The notes beneath the pieces were generated by a model. That model was given only the letters and a program-made list of their open reading frames with translations, ran no database searches and was not told the DNA's origin. Below, piece after piece: positions 1-8,930 of a stretch of 64,000 bases of DNA. A program made the translations under genes and the position numbers. Each line of letters opens with the position of its first letter. Positions within the stretch are counted from its first letter, which is position 1. The stretch lies in assembly GCA_934402395.1 (NCBI GenBank), contig CAKRTQ010000012.1:7751-71750 (forward strand), written 5' to 3'. Source of the DNA: an uncultured Eubacteriales bacterium. Its GTDB lineage: Bacteria; Bacillota; Clostridia; Oscillospirales; CAG-272.

Positions 1-2
1 CC

Positions 3-233
3 ATGCTGGCAAACTCCGAGCTTGTGGTCATGCTGAATCAGGCGGCAACCGACCGCGAAGAGCTGGCAAGTCTGATGGGAATTTCGGATTTACAGAGGGG
101 GTATATCACGAATGTAGATGCAGGACACGGGCTTGTCAAGATCGGTGGGGCGTTGGTGCCTTTCGTAAACAAGGTGCCGAAGGATACCAAACGCTATTCC
201 TTGATGACGACCCGATTCAATGAAAACTTGTAA
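3..233 (+). CDS. C-terminal end of a VirB4-like conjugative-transfer ATPase (gene continues upstream of the window)
   Basis: The frame is open to the window edge. The tail ...GALVPFVNKVPKDTKRYSLMTTR resembles C-termini of Firmicutes ICE/Tn916-class VirB4-like ATPases (recognised from memory only). Confidence 0.5.
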   Translation: MLANSELVVMLNQAATDREELASLMGISDLQRGYITNVDAGHGLVKIGGALVPFVNKVPKDTKRYSLMTTRFNENL

Positions 234-375
234 GGTTAATTGATACAGCGATATTTGAGGCAAATAAACGGCTCGTTAAAGGGGTATAATATTGTGAATA
301 AAGAAAATATACCCCGATAACTTGACAAAACGATGCTTTTATGGTATACTGTTATCGGAAACGGAGGGTGTTATT

Positions 376-1626
376 ATGCGTCAAAATTATAGCGAAAACC
401 TGTTTCGCAGAGAAAAATATCTCGGTAAACTGCGCGGCTTTTATCATGAAGGGGAAATTATCAAGGTCATAACCGGTGTCAGAAGATGCGGTAAATCTTC
501 CATCATGAAAATGATTATCGCCGAGATGATTGCGCAGGGCGTTGCCGAAGATCATATTCTTTACTTTCACTTGGATAAGAGACCGTATGCAGGAGTCAAA
601 AAGCCGGAAGAGTTGGATAAGCTGATTGAAGAAAACAGTCATGTAGAAGGCATGAAATACCTGTTCATTGACGAAATTCAGAATGTCAGGGATTTTGAAA
701 CTGTTATCAATTCGTGGAGAGAGGAAGGGGATTTCTCTATATTTCTGACTGGCTCCAATTCTTATCTTCTGAGCGGAGAGCTTGCGACCAAGCTGACCGG
801 ACGGTATCTGGAATTCAACATTCTCCCCTTGACTTTGGACGAATATGTCGGTATCAAGCGCTTTTTCGGGAAGTCTATTCCGACCGACCCACAGACGCTT
901 CTTTCGGAATATATTCTGGAAGGTGGATTTCCGTATGCCGCTAAACTGGATACGCAGGCAGACAGGAGAGCTTATGTAACGGGATTAATTGACGAGATAT
1001 TCCAAAAAGATATCAGCAGAAGGGTGAAAATTAAAAACAGAGCTGTATTTGATGCGGTCATGAAGTATATCATCAATAATTTTGGCTCTACCACGAGTAT
1101 TGATAATATTGTGGAGGAATTCCAAAAGAAACGCGTGTCGGTCAAGCGGGAAACCGTGAGCCGATATATCAAAGCATTGGAAAGTGCTAAAATTATATCG
1201 GAATGTGACAGGTTCGATATGAAATCCAAGAAATCGCTTCGCGGAGAAAAGAAATACTATCTTTCCGATCTGTCTTTCTATTTTGCGATGAATACGGATA
1301 ACAGAATCAACTACGGACCGGCTCTTGAAAATATTGTTTACAACTATGCTTTCGGCAAGGGCTACAGAATCAGTGTCGGAAGAATCGGAAAGCTGGAGTG
1401 TGATTTTATTCTCCGTGATGACCAACTGAATTATGCGTATGTTCAGGTCGCATACACGATATTGGAGAGCAAAGCAACAGAGGACAGAGAGTACAGAAGT
1501 CTTGAAGCGATTACGTGGGATAATTATCCACGATATATCATGACAACCGATAAAATGATACAGCATAGGAACGGAATCCGACACGAGAATATTGTTGACT
1601 TTATCATGAATGACAAAACATTTTGA
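376..1626 (+). CDS. AAA+ ATPase with DUF4143-type C-terminal domain (COG1373-like)
   Basis: GGAGGG SD lies 7 nt before the ATG at 376. Walker A is GVRRCGKSS and Walker B is LFIDEIQ. Length and C-terminal pattern are typical of the family. Confidence 0.8.
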   Translation: MRQNYSENLFRREKYLGKLRGFYHEGEIIKVITGVRRCGKSSIMKMIIAEMIAQGVAEDHILYFHLDKRPYAGVKKPEELDKLIEENSHVEGMKYLFIDEIQNVRDFETVINSWREEGDFSIFLTGSNSYLLSGELATKLTGRYLEFNILPLTLDEYVGIKRFFGKSIPTDPQTLLSEYILEGGFPYAAKLDTQADRRAYVTGLIDEIFQKDISRRVKIKNRAVFDAVMKYIINNFGSTTSIDNIVEEFQKKRVSVKRETVSRYIKALESAKIISECDRFDMKSKKSLRGEKKYYLSDLSFYFAMNTDNRINYGPALENIVYNYAFGKGYRISVGRIGKLECDFILRDDQLNYAYVQVAYTILESKATEDREYRSLEAITWDNYPRYIMTTDKMIQHRNGIRHENIVDFIMNDKTF

Positions 1627-1641
1627 AAATAATGCGACCGG

Positions 1642-1674
1642 AAAAGGGCAGGTGGAAAAGACCTGTCCTTTTTT
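1642..1674 (+). terminator. Rho-independent terminator
   Basis: GGGCAGGT-loop-ACCTGTCC stem followed by TTTTTT, directly after the stop at 1626. Confidence 0.7.
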
Positions 1675-1821
1675 ATGCCTAAAAGGACGAAGAAGAAATG
1701 AAAATAAAGACAAGAGAATCCCTGAGAACCATAAAAACCTTTGACCGGGCGAAAACGCTCGGTCAAAAGGTTAAAAATGGGGCAGGGGAGATAAAAGAGT
1801 ATCGCTGTATATGCCGTCAAG

Positions 1822-1986
1822 ATGAATCGGACAGAAGATGTCGTGACCTTTGACGAAGCGAAAGCTGAGGTTTTGAAAGAGGTTTATCGCAGTCTGAATC
1901 GTATGGACATTCACACGGAGCAAATCACGGTGAAAGAAACGCACCTTGAAACACAGGAAGGCGGAAGCGTTGTTCCGGTTGAGTAG
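1822..1986 (+). CDS. small hypothetical protein (54 aa), conjugative-element-type small ORF
   Basis: ATG-to-TAG ORF MNRTEDVVTFDEAKAEVLKEVYRSLNRMDIHTEQ..., below the ORF-track cutoff. No clear SD. Confidence 0.3.
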   Translation: MNRTEDVVTFDEAKAEVLKEVYRSLNRMDIHTEQITVKETHLETQEGGSVVPVE

Positions 1987-1992
1987 GAGGTT

Positions 1993-2139
1993 TTGAAAAT
2001 CTATTTGTATATTGACACAGTTCCTTTAACCGCTGAAGAAGCGGCGAACCTCTACGACTTTGATACGAAGCAAAGGGAACAGCTTGGAGAATTGCTTTCC
2101 GATAAGAATAAAGAGATGTGGGGTAGTATGCTGTCATAG
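1993..2139 (+). CDS. small hypothetical protein (about 44-48 aa; start uncertain)
   Basis: Open frame ...YIDTVPLTAEEAANLYDFDTKQREQLGELLSDKNKEMW after AGGAGG (1985-1990). Only TTG/ATT starts are available. Confidence 0.25.
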   Translation: MKIYLYIDTVPLTAEEAANLYDFDTKQREQLGELLSDKNKEMWGSMLS

Positions 2140-2250
2140 GTGTTAAGCAGTCCAAACTATGAAATGGATAATGCGATAACAAAAAAGACGACTTTTGAGG
2201 TCGCCCTTTTTTTGAATATAGAATTTGAATTATAGAAAGGTTAAAATGTA

Positions 2251-2721
2251 TCAGGCTATATTGCCGTATATGTTACAGCCGATTGAAACATCTATATCAT
2301 ATGTATTGGTTGTTATGAAAAGAACTTTCCTCTTATATACAGCAGTACCATACGCTATATTGTCTGAATAGCTGTTTTCATGAGCGGACAATGACCAAGA
2401 CTTTTCATAAATAACAGACGAGTAAGTGGAGTTTGTGCAAACAGCAGATACCCCTTCATTTACTTTAAAGGTTCCTGTTAATGTGTATGTCCATTGCAGA
2501 TTATCTTTAGAGTCATAAAGATTGACTATTTTTTCGCCCAACTTTGTATAGGTCGTGGACTTTGTGGATTTTGTGGATTTTGTAATTGGAGACTGCCTAA
2601 TTACGGTTACCATATAGCTGCCATCTTCAAAATGTACCGTAGTGGAACTGGTTTTATAAGTTTCTACTGAAATGTGTTCAGGACTTTCGGCACATATTGT
2701 GTTAAGCGGAGCAAAAGTCAA
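2251..2721 (-). CDS. beta-rich hypothetical protein, probably a 5'-truncated fragment
   Basis: Only a TTG start is present, with an in-frame TGA immediately upstream. No SD and no signal peptide. Contains a KSTKSTKST repeat. Its start abuts head-to-head the truncated start of the Rhs gene. Confidence 0.35.
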   Translation of the reverse strand: MTFAPLNTICAESPEHISVETYKTSSTTVHFEDGSYMVTVIRQSPITKSTKSTKSTTYTKLGEKIVNLYDSKDNLQWTYTLTGTFKVNEGVSAVCTNSTYSSVIYEKSWSLSAHENSYSDNIAYGTAVYKRKVLFITTNTYDIDVSIGCNIYGNIA

Positions 2722-4884
2722 TCATATGTGTATAACACAAACAACGGAAAACTTGACATACTGACGTACGGAAACGGTCACAAATGTAAATACATTTATG
2801 ATGAACTTGACAGAATAAAAGAAATACAGTATAATACAAGTAGCACTTCGACCTCATTTACAACTGCATATACATATGAATATGATGCAAATGGGAATGT
2901 AAGCAAAATAACCGACATGCTGAGCAGTCAGGTGACGGTTTTTTGGTACGACAGTAAGGGAAAGCTACGCAATTACTACGTCAACAAACGTAGCGATGAG
3001 AATGACCAGTCCGCGCTGTATTTTTACTATGACAACGAGGGCAGACCGGTAAAGCGCGAGTATTACAGAGATTACAATGCGTCCGGAGTGACGAATGCAA
3101 TTGCGGAAACCGGTATCGTATATAATGATGACGGCTCGGTCGCGAGTATAGGCACCGAAGTGCAGGGTATGATCGTTTCGGCTGAATATTCATACGACGA
3201 TCTTTGGCGTACATCCGCAACTGTGTGGAAGATAGGCTCCTACGATGCCAATCCCCCTGCAACGATCACGCAAAGCTACACCTACTCAAACTATGAGTAT
3301 GAGTATGATGGGGATGAAGAGAGCGAGATCTGCGATACTCCGCTCATACACTCGGTAACCACATCAAAGCCCGACGGCAGCGAAACACTTTATTATACCT
3401 ACGACGAACGCGGGAACATAATGTTGATCCGCCGCGGGGTGAACGATATAGTGTGCCGTTATGCATACGATTCTCTCGGACAGCTCATCCGCGAAGACAA
3501 CAGCGTACTTGGCAAAACGTACGTATGGACATATGATAAAGCGGGCAATATTCGCAGTCGTGAGACATATGCGTATACTACCGGTAATCTCGATTCGGTC
3601 CAGAATACGGTAATATACGGTTATGATACCGGCAGCTGGGGCGATCTTCTCATATCGTTCAACGGTCAGAGCATAGCATATGACGGCATAGGCAACCCCG
3701 GGACATGGAACGGCAGCGCCCTTACATGGCAGGGCAGACGTCTCATGTCTTACGGTTCGAATACTTATACCTATAATGCAGACGGTATAAGAACGAGCAA
3801 GACCGTAAACGGGGTAGAGCATATATATCATCTCTCCGGAACGCAGATTCTCAGTGAAGAGTGGACAGAGGGCAGTGTTCAGCACATACTGATATATGTC
3901 TACGATGCCTCGGGACAGCCGATAGGGATGTCGCACTATGAAAACGGTGAGCAGCGCGGGACATATGTCTTTGTGAAGAATATTCAGGGCGATATCACCG
4001 GCATATATGACGATGAAGGCACTTGCCTCGTCACGTATACATACGATGCCTGGGGCAATGTTACCGTATCGTATTCTAACGGCGGTGCCTCAACTGCGGC
4101 AAAATATAACCCGTTCCGTTACAGAGGTTATTACTACGATAACGAGACCAGCCTCTATTACCTTAACAGCAGATATTACGATCCCAATGTAGGCAGATTC
4201 CTTAATGCGGATGGTTCTGTAAACGCCAACGGCGACCTTATCGGATTCAATATGTTCGCTTATTGCGGAAATAATCCGGTGATGTGGCGTGACCCGTCCG
4301 GTACGTATTGTGTTAGACTAGCTGACGACATGACGATGAGTCTGATCAACTTGTCGTTTGCGCTTGCTTGCATTGGAACCGGTTATTTGGCATGGACCAG
4401 TGCGACCGGAAAATTATCTCGTTCTTCGACCAGTTTCCCGATTGCTGATATTGATGTAATAGATGTAGTCAAGCCTGTTTGGCGTAGTAAAAATAGGGAA
4501 GTTGCCATAGCTGATGAGGCGGAGAAGGTCGCAACCGATGTTTCGACTGCTCAACATGGGAAATATTACGGAGCACATGCATTGGACAAAAATAGTGCCC
4601 TAATACCATTAACATCGCCAATGACGCTCGAAGAGGCTATTGCTTGGATAGATACGGTGTGTATTATGAGAGGTTATGGCGACGTAAGCATGGATAGTAC
4701 TCATATATGGGGTGTATATACTGTTAATCAGTCTGATGCGCGGATACTTGCGAGTGCTGTCGGGGCTGCTCCGTATGTCGATGGACCGCATAGTGCTGCT
4801 GGCTATATGCATTACCACATTAAAGGAAAAAAACTCAGGGGATTCAAGAGTTTTCATGTATGGTTTTCAATGAGGGGGATATAA
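2674..4884 (+). CDS. Rhs/YD-repeat polymorphic toxin, 5'-truncated, with unique C-terminal toxin domain (CT1)
   Basis: Many YD repeats (YxYDxxGN/R). The Rhs core-end motif is RYYDPNVGRFLNADG...FAYCGNNPVMWRDPSGT, followed by ~190 unique residues. YD-repeat similarity starts abruptly near 2715, and no N-terminal trafficking region is present. Confidence 0.85.
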   Translation: MFRTFGTYCVKRSKSQSYVYNTNNGKLDILTYGNGHKCKYIYDELDRIKEIQYNTSSTSTSFTTAYTYEYDANGNVSKITDMLSSQVTVFWYDSKGKLRNYYVNKRSDENDQSALYFYYDNEGRPVKREYYRDYNASGVTNAIAETGIVYNDDGSVASIGTEVQGMIVSAEYSYDDLWRTSATVWKIGSYDANPPATITQSYTYSNYEYEYDGDEESEICDTPLIHSVTTSKPDGSETLYYTYDERGNIMLIRRGVNDIVCRYAYDSLGQLIREDNSVLGKTYVWTYDKAGNIRSRETYAYTTGNLDSVQNTVIYGYDTGSWGDLLISFNGQSIAYDGIGNPGTWNGSALTWQGRRLMSYGSNTYTYNADGIRTSKTVNGVEHIYHLSGTQILSEEWTEGSVQHILIYVYDASGQPIGMSHYENGEQRGTYVFVKNIQGDITGIYDDEGTCLVTYTYDAWGNVTVSYSNGGASTAAKYNPFRYRGYYYDNETSLYYLNSRYYDPNVGRFLNADGSVNANGDLIGFNMFAYCGNNPVMWRDPSGTYCVRLADDMTMSLINLSFALACIGTGYLAWTSATGKLSRSSTSFPIADIDVIDVVKPVWRSKNREVAIADEAEKVATDVSTAQHGKYYGAHALDKNSALIPLTSPMTLEEAIAWIDTVCIMRGYGDVSMDSTHIWGVYTVNQSDARILASAVGAAPYVDGPHSAAGYMHYHIKGKKLRGFKSFHVWFSMRGI
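3595..4284 (+). repeat. Rhs core repeat, copy 1 (approximate bounds)
   Basis: Direct DNA repeat with 5605-6302. Long identical runs include ggcgatcttctcatatcgttcaacggtcagagcatagcatatgacggcataggcaaccccgggacatggaacgg. Confidence 0.85.
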
Positions 4885-5423
4885 TGAAAGAATATTATTT
4901 TATAACTTACGACTATGTAGATGGTGCACATATTTATTACGATATAAAAGGTGACGATCTGCAAGAGCTTATAAACGTTTGCGTCAAATATTGTACTGTG
5001 CTCAGCTTAACATACTGGCCGGGGCAGGAAAGCGTACGTGAAAAATTTCGCAAGTATGAGCTTAGCGAAGAGGAATCGCGCCCGTTTGCCGCAGTTGCAA
5101 CATGGCGGGCGTACAACGATGACTTTACAACAGTCAATATTTTTTACAGGATATGCCCGGAGCTTATTGATGAATTTCTGAAAATGAGCGATGGTCGCTT
5201 AACCGGGTGGTGCAGGTTTGAAGATGAGAACTATCCTGAGGATCCGTCATTTTTCCGTGAGGATGCAAGTGTATTTTTCAATCCGGTGGTTCATGAAGGA
5301 CTTTACTTTCTTCATCCAAGAGACGATGAGGACGTAAGCAACATAGTTTGTCATCCGGGGTGGTGTGTCAACACACGTGGCAATAAGTTACTCACGATAG
5401 ATTTCGATAAATTGAAACCATGA
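4884..5423 (+). CDS. putative cognate immunity protein for CT1
   Basis: The ATG overlaps the Rhs stop (TAATG at 4882-4886), with a GAGGGGG SD inside the toxin 3' end. It is a 179-aa acidic cytosolic protein. The call is positional. Confidence 0.6.
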   Translation: MKEYYFITYDYVDGAHIYYDIKGDDLQELINVCVKYCTVLSLTYWPGQESVREKFRKYELSEEESRPFAAVATWRAYNDDFTTVNIFYRICPELIDEFLKMSDGRLTGWCRFEDENYPEDPSFFREDASVFFNPVVHEGLYFLHPRDDEDVSNIVCHPGWCVNTRGNKLLTIDFDKLKP

Positions 5424-5554
5424 TCAGCAATATTGTTTGTGCTTGAACAAGCAAAACCGTAAATGGAGTGAAGCAAATGTATCACCTCATAGGTACACGT
5501 ATACCTGAAAAGGGCGAACCGTTGGTGGTTATAAGACTCTAACTTTCATTCCCC

Positions 5555-5581
5555 CCCCGCCGTGCCGACGGCACGGCGGGG
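5555..5581. repeat. GC-rich perfect hairpin at the 5' boundary of orphan Rhs cassette 2
   Basis: CCCCGCCGTGCC-GAC-GGCACGGCGGGG: 12-bp stem, 3-nt loop. Confidence 0.8.
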
Positions 5582-6860
5582 ATGGACAAGGCATCACAAC
5601 ATCGGTTCGGTACAGAATATGGTAATATACGGTTACGATACCGGTAACTGGGGCGATCTTCTCATATCGTTCAACGGTCAGAGCATAGCATATGACGGCA
5701 TAGGCAACCCCGGGACATGGAACGGAAGCGCCCTTACATGGCAGGGCAGACGGCTCATGTCGTACGGCTCTAATACTTATACCTACAATGCCGACGGTAT
5801 AAGAACGAGCAAGACCGTAAACGGAGTAGAGCATATATATCACCTTTCGGGAACGCAGATACTTGACGAGGAATGGACCGAAGGAAACATCCACCATCTC
5901 ATGGTGTATGTTTACGATGCATCCGGTCAGCCGATAGGTATAAGTCATTATACATACAACGGAACGCTCGTATCTGAAAATGACTATCTGCTCGTTTCCA
6001 ACATCCAGGGCGACATAATCGGTATCTACGACTCCACCAGGACCCGCGTTGTAACGTATGTCTATGATGCATGGGGGCGTATACTCTCTACCACCGGGAC
6101 CGGCGCTAATACCATCGGCGTATATAACCCGTTCAGATATCGTGGTTACTACTACGATACCGAAACCAGCCTCTACTACCTCAACAGCAGATACTACGAT
6201 CCCAACGTAGGCAGATTCCTTAATGCAGACGACTACATAAACGCCAACGGCGACCTTATCGGATTCAATATGTTCGCTTATTGCGGCAATAATCCGGTGA
6301 TGCTTACTGATTATTATGGATACAGCGCTTATAAGTGCGGTCACAATAACAATCCGGATAAATGCAGATATTGCAAGAAAGAGCGCGAAATTGCTCAAAT
6401 GGCGGGAGTCCGGTATTCGCAGAGTAGAATTCAAGAAGATGCCCAAGTTGATGATGATACACCTATAAACTATAATGGTGCATATTCACAAGCTCAAACT
6501 ATAACATCATTGACAACTAACGCTTTTGCATTATTGCTTACGGTAACATCTCAAGGTGTTGATACTATAGCATCTATGTATGTGACCGGGTTTGGATATC
6601 TTGTAACAGCACCAATAAATATAGTGCAAACATGGAACAATCCGAATTTAGGTACCAAAGGAAAGGTGCTGCTAACTACATATGATGTGATGGTTGCTGC
6701 GAGCGGTGTTGGCATGGTATTCGGTATGGCGAACTGGTGGAATGTTACAGGTTGGGCGGCGTTGGGGATTTCTGTTGTTTATACAGTAGTCACGTATGCT
6801 GTCGAGTATAAATTACAAGAGTATTTAGAGAGAAGGTACTACAATGAATACGCACGATAA
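5562..6860 (+). pseudogene. orphan Rhs C-terminal cassette 2 (core fragment plus distinct hydrophobic toxin tip CT2), no credible start
   Basis: From ~5605 it is near-identical at DNA level to 3595-4284 of the main gene. The only start is a GTG inside the hairpin. After NNPVM the C-terminus diverges and contains several hydrophobic segments. Confidence 0.7.
5605..6302 (+). repeat. Rhs core repeat, copy 2 (approximate bounds)
   Basis: See copy 1. The central part is more diverged. Confidence 0.85.
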
Positions 6861-7173
6861 GACTGTGGGCTTTTTTGACAAAGTATCACACATTATTGCA
6901 TATTCATACATAGCACATTTTGTATGTGGACTTTTGGCATACGATGGACGAAATTGGTGGACTGAATATAGTGTTACTTGGTATCGTGGCGCGATCAACT
7001 TCTTTCTATCATCGTTTGCGATAGCAATCAATAGCATTTTGGTGTGCATTTTCATGAAAAAAGCAGCACCGCCTGTGAAATCCCCCAAAATCATAGTCAA
7101 CTGGGTCGTTGCAGTTGTACCAATTGTTCTTGCATGGCTGTCGATAATACTTGATTTGGTGCTTATACAGTAG
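6844..7173 (+). CDS. putative membrane immunity protein for CT2
   Basis: Overlaps the cassette 3' end, with AGAAGG SD. It is 109 aa with ~3 predicted TM segments. The call is positional. Confidence 0.5.
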   Translation: MNTHDKTVGFFDKVSHIIAYSYIAHFVCGLLAYDGRNWWTEYSVTWYRGAINFFLSSFAIAINSILVCIFMKKAAPPVKSPKIIVNWVVAVVPIVLAWLSIILDLVLIQ

Positions 7174-7362
7174 TTATACATCAGATAAGTAGCAGTATTC
7201 ATTATGACTTATATGATATTGAATGGTATGGTTGCGAAAATGGCGGGGTCTGTAGAAATAACATATGTTTACCCCAATGCAATCAAAGGTCGATGCAACA
7301 TTCCGTTTTTATGATATGCGATTAAAAAGCAATACCTTCTCTTTCCCTAAAAGAGGTTTGCT

Positions 7363-7395
7363 CCCCGTAGCTGTGCCAATGGCACGGCTACGGGG
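7363..7395. repeat. GC-rich hairpin at the 5' boundary of orphan Rhs cassette 3
   Basis: CCCCGTAGCTGTGCC-AAT-GGCACGGCTACGGGG: 15-bp stem including one G.U. It shares the CCCCG..GTGCC/GGCAC..CGGGGAT frame with the hairpin at 5555-5581. Confidence 0.8.
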
Positions 7396-7484
7396 ATTGG
7401 GGATGGGCAGGGTGTCGCATACGTCAGCGCAGGATCGGTAGAATATGACCGTATCAGCAGTGTAACGAATGCGCTTGTACGTAA

Positions 7485-8372
7485 GGACACATCTCTAATA
7501 CTTATACCTACAATGCCGACGGTATAAGAACGAGCAAGACTGTCTATGGTGTCAAACACATATATCATCTCTCCGGAACGCAGATACTCAGTGAAGAGTG
7601 GACGGAGGACAGAGTTCAGCACATACTGATATTTGTCTATGACGATTCGGGACAGCCGATAGGAATGTCGCACTTTGAAGATGAAGTCAAAAACGGTGAC
7701 TACCTGTTTGCGAAGAACGTCCAGGGTGATATTACCGCTGTTTATGATGCAAATGGTACATGCCTTGTAACGTATACCTACGATGCGTTGGGCAACACCA
7801 GAGTGAGGTACTCAAACGGCGGTGCCTCAACTGCGGCAAGATATAACCCGTTCAGATATCGCGGTTACTATTACGATACCGAAACGAGCCTTTACTACCT
7901 CAACAGCAGGTATTATGATCCTGCAGTCGGCAGATTCCTTAATGCGGATGGTTCTGTAAACGCCAACGGCGACCTTATCGGATTCAATATGTTCGCGTAT
8001 TGCGGAAACAACCCTGTAAACAGAGTTGACCGCACGGGACAATTTTGGAGTGAAATTTGGGAGTTTGCCAAAATAGCCGTTGCCGAAATTGGAAAAGCCA
8101 TGGAAGTTATGTCTCCCGCTTACGCTGGGTGTGGTGGAGTAGCTGTAGCTGATGGGCCTCTTCCTTTCGGAGATATTATTGCAGCAGCAGTCATAGTATT
8201 GTTAACCGCAGGTGCTATAGGATATGGAATTTATCAAGCAGTACAGGCTCCAGCTATTTCTGTTCCAAAAGTTGAAGAAAAAGATGAAGCAATACCTGCA
8301 CCTCCGCCTACTCCAACAGTAATTTATAGATATAGCGGAACGTATGATTTTAATTGCCGCCTCGACATCTGA
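7485..8372 (+). pseudogene. orphan Rhs C-terminal cassette 3 (start-less; degenerate and frameshifted upstream remnant; tip CT3 probably truncated)
   Basis: The frame opens after TAA at 7482-7484 and the first ATG is at 7665. NTYTYNADGIRTSKTV...RYYDPAVGRFLNADG...CGNNPVNRVDRTGQ is homologous to the main gene. A YD-like remnant at 7414-7480 is in another frame. Confidence 0.65.
7497..8017 (+). repeat. Rhs core repeat, copy 3 (shorter, approximate bounds)
   Basis: Homology begins at aatacttatacctacaatgccgacggtataagaacgagcaag. Confidence 0.8.
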
Positions 8373-8650
8373 CAAGTATAATGACAAGTTCTTTATGTTA
8401 GCTAAAGGAATGCTTACTGTTCAGCAGTTTATTGAACAGGAGAATGCGTAATTAGGGCAAAAATAAACACAGCAGGGAGAGTGCTCCGGATGGCATACGC
8501 TATTCTGAACGCTCTCCCGATTTTTTGATTTCAACGTTCCAAATCTAAAAAATGAATTTAACGGTAGGCGTTACATTTAAATGATAAGATGGTGGGTGCC
8601 GTTAGGGGACAAACCGCGGGATACTGAAATTCGTTTTTCAATGTTTTGCT

Positions 8651-8930
8651 GTGTGAAAAAAGTATTGGAGGTAACGCGGTCTGCGCAGACGAACAGAAAA
8701 TAATCAAAAGTCAAAAATCCTGATGTTCGGTGCGAAAAGACGAGCTCCAAAGCGTTTTTGAGTATGACAGCGCTGCGGAAGGAACAAAAATCTAAAAAAG
8801 CAAGTTCCTGTGCGAAAAGACGGGGGTCTGAGCGTTTTTCAATATGACAGCACCGGGAGGAGCAAAAGCCAAAACTAAAGGTTGGTGCAAAAAGAAACCA
8901 CGTATTGTGATATAATACGATCTGACAGAC
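8651..8930 (+). repeat. degenerate tandem repeat, about four copies of a ~75-80-nt unit upstream of rtcB
   Basis: Units start at about 8651, 8730, 8810 and 8885. Each has the form GTG(C/T)(G/A)AAAA(A)GA...(T)CTG/ATGACAG(A/C). Copies 2 and 3 are the most similar: GTGCGAAAAGACG..GCGTTTTT.A.TATGACAGC. Confidence 0.6.
8908..8916 (+). promoter_or_regulatory. extended -10 promoter element (TGATATAAT) for rtcB
   Basis: TGnTATAAT consensus lies ~100 nt upstream of the rtcB ATG. No good -35 was found. Confidence 0.5.

Noticed and set aside
5529-6446. 305-aa ORF antisense to orphan Rhs cassette 2, plus similar antisense ORFs at 3364-3936 and 7347-7673
   Set aside because: These are shadow frames of the Rhs core repeat. 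The same antisense peptide recurs because the DNA is repeated. No start context is present.
8651-8930. CRISPR array or other spacer-containing repeat array
   Set aside because: The repeats are ~80 nt, degenerate and contiguous, with no unique spacers of regular length. No cas genes are present in the window.
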